A stretch of DNA of 24,000 bases from Anaerolineae bacterium (GTDB lineage: Bacteria > Chloroflexota > Anaerolineae > JAAYZQ01): the NCBI GenBank assembly GCA_035341665.1, contig DAOQVR010000001.1, positions 483,275 through 507,274 of the forward strand. The letters run 5' to 3'. The stretch's first letter is position 1, and each line of letters starts with the position of its first letter. Shown here piece after piece: positions 8,191 to 14,647 of the stretch. Both the position numbers and the translations under genes were made by a program. A model generated the notes under the pieces. That model searched no databases. It worked only from the letters and a program-made list of their open reading frames with translations, and had not been told where the DNA came from.

Positions 8191-8257
8191 GGTATTGTGC
8201 GGAGTTCTTACGACTTTCTAATGCCCATGTTCGGTCGAATGGGGTGCCTGCCGCGAC

Positions 8258-9286
8258 TTGAGCTCCTCTACGTTGTGTGCTATGATTGCGACCGTGAGAG
8301 CTCTCAAGTGCGTGCTGATCCCGCTGCTGTCCATAGTGCTGGCCTTCGTCGTGGTGCCTCTGGTCATACCTGTGCCTCCGCTGGAGAGGACTGTCCCTGC
8401 CGAGGAGTTGGCGGACCCGGACAGCCGTTTCGTCGAGGTGAATGGCCTCCAGGTGCACTACAAGGTGCAGGGGGCGGGGGCTCCGGCTCTTGTGCTGCTC
8501 CACGGATTCGGAGCCAGTACCTTCTCTTTCGAAGCAGTGATGCCCTCGCTCGCCGAGCTCGGCACAACCATTGCTTTTGACCGGCCGGCATTTGGCCTTA
8601 CGGAGAGGCCGACCGTGGCCGAGTGGGGCGATCAGAACCCGTACACGATCGAAGCACAATCCGACCTGACTGTTGAGCTCCTGGAACGGCTGGGCTTGAC
8701 GGAGGCCGTGTTGGTGGGCCACTCTGCTGGCGGCTCCGTCGCCGTCGTGACTGCACTTCGCCATCCCGAAAGGGTGAAAGCCTTGGTCCTGGTGGGCGCA
8801 GCGGTCTACGAAGGTGGCACTCCTGGTTGGCTGGGCCCTCTGCTGCGAACCCCTCAGATGCGGCGGTTGGGCCCACTCATTGCACGCCGGTTCGCGCGGA
8901 CCGGGAGCGAGTTGCTCGTCCGCGCCTGGCACGACCCTTCGCGAATTTCGCCCGCGACGGCGGAGGGGTACGAGAAGCCTCTGCGGGCCCAAGGCTGGGA
9001 CAATGCGCTATGGGAGCTTGTCATGGCCAGTCAACCCCTGGAACTGGCAGACCGGCTTCGTGAGGTGCGCGTGCCCGTCCTTGTGCTCACGGGTGACTCT
9101 GACCGGATTGTGCCACCTGAGCAGAGTGCTCGCCTGGCAGCCGAGCTTGCCAATGCAAAACTGGTGACCATTGCGGACTGCGGGCACTTGCCCCAGGAAG
9201 AGCAACCAGAGGTATTCCTGGAGGCAGTTGCGGCGTTTCTGAAAGAACTTGGATTCCCAATCGCTACTGGAGGGACAGAACCATGA
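8258..9286 (+). CDS. Membrane-anchored alpha/beta-fold hydrolase
   Basis: N-terminal TM helix (ALKCVLIPLLSIVLAFVVVPLVIPV), oxyanion HGFGAS, nucleophile elbow GHSAGG, and GDSDRIV and CGHLPQEE for the acid and His. The track start at 8258 is TTG. ATG 8282 is an alternative. Confidence 0.85.
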   Translation: MSSSTLCAMIATVRALKCVLIPLLSIVLAFVVVPLVIPVPPLERTVPAEELADPDSRFVEVNGLQVHYKVQGAGAPALVLLHGFGASTFSFEAVMPSLAELGTTIAFDRPAFGLTERPTVAEWGDQNPYTIEAQSDLTVELLERLGLTEAVLVGHSAGGSVAVVTALRHPERVKALVLVGAAVYEGGTPGWLGPLLRTPQMRRLGPLIARRFARTGSELLVRAWHDPSRISPATAEGYEKPLRAQGWDNALWELVMASQPLELADRLREVRVPVLVLTGDSDRIVPPEQSARLAAELANAKLVTIADCGHLPQEEQPEVFLEAVAAFLKELGFPIATGGTEP

Positions 9287-9690
9287 CGGCAGGGTATCTC
9301 ATCAAGCTCTACCTGGCCACGCTGGTGGCATTCTTTGCAGTCGATCTCGTCTGGCTAGGCGTTGTCGCTCGGACCTTCTACCGCAAGTACCTGGGCTTCC
9401 TAATGGCCCCCAGCGTGAATTGGCCTGCAGCGCTCATCTTCTACCTGCTGTTCGTCTTGGGCATCTTGGTGTTTGCGGTTTTGCCAGGACTGGAAGCAGG
9501 CTCGCTGAATGCCACGATATGGCGTGCCGCGCTGTTCGGCCTGATCGCCTACGCCACCTACGACCTGACGAACCTGGCGACTCTGAAGGACTGGCCGCTG
9601 GTTGTGACCATCGTAGACCTGGCGTGGGGAACGACGGTGAGCGTTCTGGTTGGCCTGGCCGGTTACTTTGCCGGGAGGTGGCTGGGCTGA
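9283..9690 (+). CDS. DUF2177 family small membrane protein
   Basis: 135 aa with 4 predicted TM segments. LVAFFAVDLVWLGVVARTFYR and YATYDLTNLATLKDWP match DUF2177 as I recall it. ATGA overlaps the hydrolase stop (9283-9286). Confidence 0.7.
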   Translation: MTAGYLIKLYLATLVAFFAVDLVWLGVVARTFYRKYLGFLMAPSVNWPAALIFYLLFVLGILVFAVLPGLEAGSLNATIWRAALFGLIAYATYDLTNLATLKDWPLVVTIVDLAWGTTVSVLVGLAGYFAGRWLG

Positions 9691-9726
9691 CAGGGCCCCC
9701 TGTCGATGAGCCCCGACTGCGAAGTA

Positions 9727-11607
9727 TCAGGGGCCCGACGCATCACGCTCGTTGTGCTCCTCAACGTCGATGGCGCCGCGGTCCATGAGCACCTGACGCA
9801 GCTGCGCCAGACTGATACCGTAGTGCCGTGCTAGCTCCAGCGCGTAGCTGCGGCCCATAGGCTTGCTCCTGCTTACGCGGTAGCTGCGCCGCGCGGCCAT
9901 TTGGTCGGTACTGTGTTCTGCCGTCGCCAGGTCGATGTGCGACGAGACCAGGCTCACCACTCGGCTGTCACCTGCAGCCTCGGCATTGATAGCATCTACC
10001 TGCTCCGCCAGCTCGTGCAGGTGGGTGGCGAACACCACGCGTGCGCCCAGAGTACGCAAGGTAATCACCACGTCGCGGGACAGATACAGGCTCTCTCCGG
10101 CATGCGTGCCCGACAGCGACTCATTGAGCAAGATGAGACTGTGGCGGGTGGCCTGCTCGAAAATCCGACGAAGGCGCTGGGCCTCATCGCCAAAGCGCCC
10201 CGTGCCGCGCGCCAGTTCCTCCTCCGACGGAAAGTGGCTGAACACCCCATCCGCTGGGCTGATCCGGGCCCGGCTCCCGGGCACAAACAGACCGACCTGG
10301 GCCAGCATCTGCATGAGGCCGATCGCCTGGGTATAGGTCGTTTTGCCGCCGCGATTTGGCCCGGTCAAGATAACGATCCGGCCCTCATCATCAAGACTCA
10401 CAGTGTTCAGGACGATATGGTCCCCCTGGGTCACGGTGCCGCGATCAAGATGGTGCAGCGCCAGGTTGATGTTGTAGCCGTCGCGCACCTCGCAGACCCG
10501 CTCGGCTTCGCCGAGGATCTCGGGCAAGCAGACCGGAAGCCCGCTCTGCTGGAGCCGGCGGGCGAGACGTGCCGCCCCGGCGTAGAAGGCCAGCGCAGGG
10601 CGGATCCGAACCAACCAGCGCCGGTTCACGTGGATGTAGGCTTGCAGGGCCGCAGCGATCGGCTTTCCCACTTGCTCCATGATCCGTGATAGGTCCCGGA
10701 AGAGCGGTACCAGCATTGGGCTGGCCCGGCGCTGAGGCTGCCGGATGGTGGTGCCGCCCCCGATCATGGGCGTCGTGTGCAGCGGCATCACACTCCCGCG
10801 GCCGCTGTTGCCCAGCAGAAGCCGCAGCAACGGGGCTTCGGTGAACGGCTCATCGTTGAGTGACAGCAGCGTGGCTGCAACCGGTTGCAGATCCTGGTCG
10901 AGGTTGACCCCGATCGTGATGCTCGTCACGCCGCGAATACGGGCCAGCAGGGGTGGAAGCTCCCGCGCCAAGGTCTGAAAGCTGTCACGTGCTTCGATCT
11001 GGACCGCCCGGTCGCGCAGCACGCATAGCCCTGCCGACCTGGGCTGGTGCTTGGCCTCCGCAAAGATCCGAACCGTGGCCCTGATACAGTCGACGTAAGT
11101 CTCCAACTCCCCGAGCCACCACGCCACCTGGAACAGCTCTGGCATGTCGGGGTCCCCCATGCTGTAGACGTTCAGTTGGTCAAGCCTTGGCAGCAGCCCT
11201 TCAATGCCCTCAGCCAGTGCCTCGCTGCGGACCAAATCGCCGCAAATGGCCTGCCGGTAGCGAATCGCTTCTGGGTCTCTGCATAGGTCCAACAGCACGC
11301 GCCGGATTAGTTCCTGGTCCTCACGCTTGCCGCCGATAGCGAGTGCCTGAATCAGGGTCTCAAGCTCCAGGTCCTGAACGACTCGCTCTCCGAGCCCCAC
11401 CCCGCCAGCACCCTGGCCCGGAGGCCACAACAGGTCTAGGTCTTCGCCTTGCTCGACTTCATCCCTCACTGCCTGGCGCATCGCCTCGTCCGCTCCCTCG
11501 AGTTTGGTCGTTCGCCCGGCAGCAAGCCGGCGCACACCCAATTTGGTGCGCAGCTCCCTGAACTCCTTGGCCAGTTCCTGGCCCAACACCTCCATGCCTG
11601 GCTGCAT
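9727..11607 (-). CDS. MutS-family ATPase (domains III/V only; no mismatch-binding or Smr domain recognised)
   Basis: Walker A in LTGPNRGGKTTYTQAIG. A Walker B-like stretch LILLNESLSGT, followed by FATHLHEL. The C-terminus MGRSYALELARHYGIS is MutS-like. GAGGA lies 9 nt upstream of ATG 11607. Confidence 0.8.
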   Translation of the reverse strand: MQPGMEVLGQELAKEFRELRTKLGVRRLAAGRTTKLEGADEAMRQAVRDEVEQGEDLDLLWPPGQGAGGVGLGERVVQDLELETLIQALAIGGKREDQELIRRVLLDLCRDPEAIRYRQAICGDLVRSEALAEGIEGLLPRLDQLNVYSMGDPDMPELFQVAWWLGELETYVDCIRATVRIFAEAKHQPRSAGLCVLRDRAVQIEARDSFQTLARELPPLLARIRGVTSITIGVNLDQDLQPVAATLLSLNDEPFTEAPLLRLLLGNSGRGSVMPLHTTPMIGGGTTIRQPQRRASPMLVPLFRDLSRIMEQVGKPIAAALQAYIHVNRRWLVRIRPALAFYAGAARLARRLQQSGLPVCLPEILGEAERVCEVRDGYNINLALHHLDRGTVTQGDHIVLNTVSLDDEGRIVILTGPNRGGKTTYTQAIGLMQMLAQVGLFVPGSRARISPADGVFSHFPSEEELARGTGRFGDEAQRLRRIFEQATRHSLILLNESLSGTHAGESLYLSRDVVITLRTLGARVVFATHLHELAEQVDAINAEAAGDSRVVSLVSSHIDLATAEHSTDQMAARRSYRVSRSKPMGRSYALELARHYGISLAQLRQVLMDRGAIDVEEHNERDASGP

Positions 11608-11657
11608 TGGCAGATCCTCACCCCATCACGGCTCGCCGCACTGTGCCACTACGGCCG

Positions 11658-12302
11658 TCAAACATGATTTCGCAGCATCAGTTCCATGGGATACGGATTC
11701 AGATAGACCTGCTGCCACACCCACTCCGGCACGGAGTGCCGCCGCAGGTGATGCCTGAGAAGCGTAAGCGGCACGATCAGCGGCACCAGCTCGCTGCGGT
11801 AGTCCTCGATTAGGCCTAGTAGCTCTCGCTTGTCGTCGGCCGAGAGGTTCTTCTTGAGGTAGCCCATGAGGTGCTGGAGGACGTTGACGTGCTTGCGGCG
11901 GGTGCCCAGGAGCGCCAGGCCTTCCATGAAGAGCCGGCCGTACGTGGACGAGAGTTCCTCCCACGGGATGGTCCCCGCATTGGCCACCAGCCGGCCCAAT
12001 TGCGTGTAGTGCTTGGAGCTGTGGGCCATGAGGGTGAGCTTGTGCGCGGTGTGAAAGCGGACCAGCCCGCCGGGCGTCGGGTCGGACTTCGAGAGCTCGG
12101 TCCAGCGGTAGTAGGCAAAGATGCGCTCGACAAAGTTCTCGCGCAGCGGCAGGTCGTTCAGGCGCCCCTCCTCCTCCAACGGCAGGATCGGGAAGCGGTC
12201 GCGGGCGGCGCGGGCAAAGAGGCCGCTGCCGGTACGATCGGCCATGCCGTGCTGGTTGTAGACTTTGACCCGGAATAGCCCGGACGAAGGGGAATCCTTC
12301 TT
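11658..12302 (-). pseudogene. 5'-truncated paralogous copy (about 214 codons) of the YbgA-like gene at 14648-15673
   Basis: Colinear with the last ~214 codons of 14648-15673 at roughly 85-90% aa identity by eye. It lacks the N-terminal DUF523 part that carries the Cys residues. Homology stops abruptly at 12302. The ORF continues to a GTG at 12467 through 55 unrelated codons. ATG 12245 could yield a standalone DUF1722-like protein. Confidence 0.7.
12238..12302. repeat. 65-bp stretch identical to 15228-15292, at the truncation breakpoint of the ybgA-like fragment
   Basis: TCGGCCATGCCGTGCTGGTTGTAGACTTTGACCCGGAATAGCCCGGACGAAGGGGAATCCTTCTT is identical at both sites. The flanking homologous DNA differs at roughly 1 position in 7. 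Confidence 0.8.
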
Positions 12303-12459
12303 ATAAGAGTGGGCGCAATAGACACAACGGCTTGGCCCTGGCTGCGAGGATCTGCATTCAGAAACCGAACAATGGCGGGCGGGACGACTGGGCGCACGGC
12401 TATCCCCGGCCGCCCTACGACACGGCAACGTACTCCGTAGATGAATAGGACCTATTGTC

Positions 12460-13224
12460 CTACTCACTGGCCAATCCCATCAAGACGGGAACAAACGCAT
12501 CATTGAGCCGCCTGTAGCCCGCTGCAGTGAGGTGTAGCAGGTCCCGACTGAACTCGGATCGTGTGCTCCCAACGCCATTTGCCAGGATCGAGTAGGCATC
12601 CAAGATCAGGATGTCGTCTCCGCCGAGAGAGCGGATGAACGCACTGACTTCCTCGATAGCCACAGCGACGTCATCCGACCAATACAGCCTACGGTCCAGA
12701 GGCACTGGCCCAGTCGGAAAGATGGTGGTCAGAATTACCTTTGCTCCCGAGCCAGTGGCCTTTTCGGCGATCTGCCGAGTGTTCTCTTTGCAGTTGGCGA
12801 CGATAGCCTCTTTCTGATCAGGGAGAACAGGAATGGCCTTCAGATCGTTGATACCCACCTGAACTACGACCACATCAGGCATCAGTGGTTTGACGTGATA
12901 ATCGAAACGCAGGAGAGCTTGAGCAGAAGTCTCTGCGTAGATGCCACGATTGACGAACTCAAATTGATCTAGATCAGGTGGAGTCCAATCTGCCGCTCTG
13001 GAGTCACCAAAGAAAACCACCGTTTGCAGGCCGGGTCTGGCAAGATCTCGTTGATCGGGTGCGGTGCTGTAGTGGCTCAGCCCCAGGGGATCCAGCCGAG
13101 ATCCGTTCAGTTGCAGGTAGTACTGCATGCTCTGGTTGAAGAGTAAGTAGTTCAGCGAAATGGACCCTAGCAAGACGACTGTGAGTGCGGCAACCGCAAG
13201 TATGACTCGACGATCTGGTTTCAT
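12460..13224 (-). CDS. SGNH/GDSL-family hydrolase with an N-terminal signal anchor
   Basis: N-terminal TM helix (VILAVAALTVVLLGSISL). Block I FFGDSRA, block III VQVGINDL and block V DLLHLT (DxxH). Looks lower in GC than the flanks by eye. Confidence 0.8.
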   Translation of the reverse strand: MKPDRRVILAVAALTVVLLGSISLNYLLFNQSMQYYLQLNGSRLDPLGLSHYSTAPDQRDLARPGLQTVVFFGDSRAADWTPPDLDQFEFVNRGIYAETSAQALLRFDYHVKPLMPDVVVVQVGINDLKAIPVLPDQKEAIVANCKENTRQIAEKATGSGAKVILTTIFPTGPVPLDRRLYWSDDVAVAIEEVSAFIRSLGGDDILILDAYSILANGVGSTRSEFSRDLLHLTAAGYRRLNDAFVPVLMGLASE

Positions 13225-13315
13225 CTTTCATCAACCCGTTGAGTATTGCCATCTGCAGCGCAAGAACTGGCTATCTAGAAGTGCGATCGAAGAAGCTTCT
13301 CAAAGGCGCTCGCTC

Positions 13316-13528
13316 CTACACGTGATTCCTCAACATCAACTCCTTGAGGCAGGGGTTCAGATAGACCTGCTGCCACACCCACGCCGGTACCGGATTGCGC
13401 CGCAGGTGATGCTTCAGCAGCGTCAGTGGCACCACCAGCGGCACCAGCCCGTGCCGGTAAGCCTCGATCAGCCCCAATAGCTCCTGCTTGCCCTCGGCCG
13501 ATAGGTCTTTCTTCAGGTAGCCCAACAG
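13316..13528 (-). pseudogene. Short 3'-terminal fragment (about 70 codons) of a YbgA-like gene
   Basis: Encodes LLGYLKKDLSAEGKQELLGLIEAYRHGLVPLVVPLTLLKHHLRRNPVPAWVWQQVYLNPCLKELMLRNHV. This is about 80% identical to the C-terminus of 14648-15673 and ends at the equivalent stop codon. Upstream of 13528 the ORF (to 13750) has no homology and overlaps the 13539-13886 gene. Confidence 0.7.
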
Positions 13529-13538
13529 GGGGAGCGCC

Positions 13539-14018
13539 CTACTTGTGGCGATAGACGTCCATCGCGTTCCGCATTTCGAGATTCGGAGTGCCCAACTTGC
13601 CAAGGAGCTCGGCGAATTCGTCGTAAGAGAGATCCTCATGCACAGCGTTCGACTCAACCACAATGACAAACCACGTAGGGTTCGAGGCATCTGGCTTGGC
13701 AAAGATCGCGTCCTTGTCTGGGTAGCGTTCGCCAATGATGTACTTGTCATCCCAGCCTATCTTGACAACGCTGCCCTCGATCACTGTATGATTGCATGTT
13801 GCCTTGGGATCGTCGTAGCATGCGTGTTGTGCTCCATAGAGCCGCAGGCCACTCAGGATTGGCCGTCCGAGGGAGTATCCGCCCACGACTGCGATTGGCG
13901 TTTTCTCAACGTATACCGGGACGAGTTCAGCCGCAGGGCCTCAACAGGCCGATACAGTGATCAGGAGCAGAAACAATGCGAAGATCCGGGGACCTACTTT
14001 GCAGTTCAACAGCTGCAC
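13539..14018 (-). pseudogene. Small lipoprotein gene interrupted by an in-frame TGA directly after the lipobox Cys. The mature part resembles DUF3997-type small proteins (family call uncertain).
   Basis: GTG 14018 is preceded by TAAGGAGG, where the hicB stop is embedded in the SD. It encodes VQLLNCKVGPRIFALFLLLITVSAC, then TGA (13943-13941), then continues in the same frame into the 115-aa track ORF 13539-13886 (GGYSLGRPIL...IGWDDKYIIGERYPD...TWFVIVVESN). Confidence 0.55.
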
Positions 14019-14028
14019 CGTGGCCTCC

Positions 14029-14358
14029 TTACGACTGGCTCAGCTTTGCGCTCACGATCCGATTCAAGCTTACGCCACTTTCGGCAGCTTCCAGCGCCAG
14101 TTGACGATGGACTTCCGGTGGGATCCGTACCATGAACTTGCCGCTGTATTGTCGGATCGCGATTGGCTCGGGAACAGCTTCACCACTGGCCTCGAGATCA
14201 GCAACGACCTCAGCCACCACCCGACGAATCCCCTCAAGAGCCTTTTCTGGAGAAGAGGCCAGCCAACTGAGGCTGGCAAACTCGGCGCACAGGCCGACAT
14301 ACTCTCCATCTTCCTCGGACCACATCACGCGGTAGCCGTATCGATCATTCTTCAGCAT
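14029..14358 (-). CDS. hicB: HicB-family antitoxin
   Basis: 109 aa. The N-terminal HicB fold region is YRVMWSEEDGEYVGLCAEF..SWLASSPEKALEGI. The C-terminal RHH-like DNA-binding tail is FMVRIPPEVHRQLALEAAESGVSLNRIVSAKL. Overlaps hicA by 14 nt. Confidence 0.8.
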   Translation of the reverse strand: MLKNDRYGYRVMWSEEDGEYVGLCAEFASLSWLASSPEKALEGIRRVVAEVVADLEASGEAVPEPIAIRQYSGKFMVRIPPEVHRQLALEAAESGVSLNRIVSAKLSQS

Positions 14359-14605
14359 TGCCCTCTACCTTCAGGCGGTCAATCGCCTTCAGCACTTGCC
14401 TCACCTGGTATGTTTTTGCCATCCCCTCATGATCTTGGATATTGACTCGCGGATCTCCCTGCCAGGGTGTTTTGTAGATGCGGTGACTGCTCCCCTTGTA
14501 GCGCGCCTCACCAAAGTAGAAAGCGCAGACCCTGCAAAGATCTGCAAAACGCACCCCCTTGGGGTTGTGCCGCATCCTGGCGACCAGGTCGTCCACCTTG
14601 CTCAC
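14345..14605 (-). CDS. hicA: HicA-family mRNA-interferase toxin
   Basis: 86 aa with GSSHRIYK (HicA GSH motif). It is upstream of hicB, the usual order. GTG start. Confidence 0.8.
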   Translation of the reverse strand: MSKVDDLVARMRHNPKGVRFADLCRVCAFYFGEARYKGSSHRIYKTPWQGDPRVNIQDHEGMAKTYQVRQVLKAIDRLKVEGNAEE

Positions 14606-14613
14606 GAGAGCAA

Positions 14614-14631
14614 GGTACCACTATTGGTACC
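14614..14631. promoter_or_regulatory. Palindrome GGTACC-ACTATT-GGTACC just upstream of hicA (candidate HicB operator)
   Basis: Seen between the ybgA-like stop (14648) and the hicA GTG (14605). A TTGACA hexamer (reverse complement of 14635-14640) lies just upstream on the minus strand. Confidence 0.3.
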
Positions 14632-14647
14632 GTTTGTCAAGTGTGCC

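Noticed and set aside
8100-8235. The 9-mer ATGTTCGGT repeated at 8100-8108 and 8227-8235, flanking the heliorhodopsin promoter.
   Set aside because: A single 9-bp duplicate within a ~175-bp region has a chance expectation of a few percent. After looking at many regions, that is not compelling. It is noted only as something to watch in phylogenetic footprinting.
9690-9737. GC-rich inverted repeats (ACAGG/CCTGT; GGGCCCC...GGGGCCC) between the convergent DUF2177 and MutS-like genes, considered as a bidirectional terminator.
   Set aside because: The stems are short or enclose a ~30-nt loop, and there are no flanking T/A runs. This is too weak to call.
11658-12467. The 269-aa ORF taken as an intact gene.
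   Set aside because: Only the last ~214 codons are homologous to the YbgA-like protein. The first 55 codons are unrelated, Arg/Ser/Pro/Cys-rich sequence created beyond the breakpoint, and the DUF523 Cys-containing N-terminus is missing. I treated it as a truncated copy, though expression of a DUF1722-only product from ATG 12245 cannot be excluded.
13316-13750. The 144-aa ORF taken as a gene.
   Set aside because: Only the C-terminal ~70 aa match YbgA. The remainder overlaps the better-supported 13539-13886 coding frame and has no recognisable features.
13941-13943. In-frame TGA in the lipoprotein gene read as selenocysteine or as genome-wide TGA recoding.
   Set aside because: TGA terminates other well-supported genes in this window. 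I see no convincing SECIS-like hairpin just downstream, and a Cys-Sec pair at a lipobox has no precedent. A nonsense mutation or sequencing error is more parsimonious.
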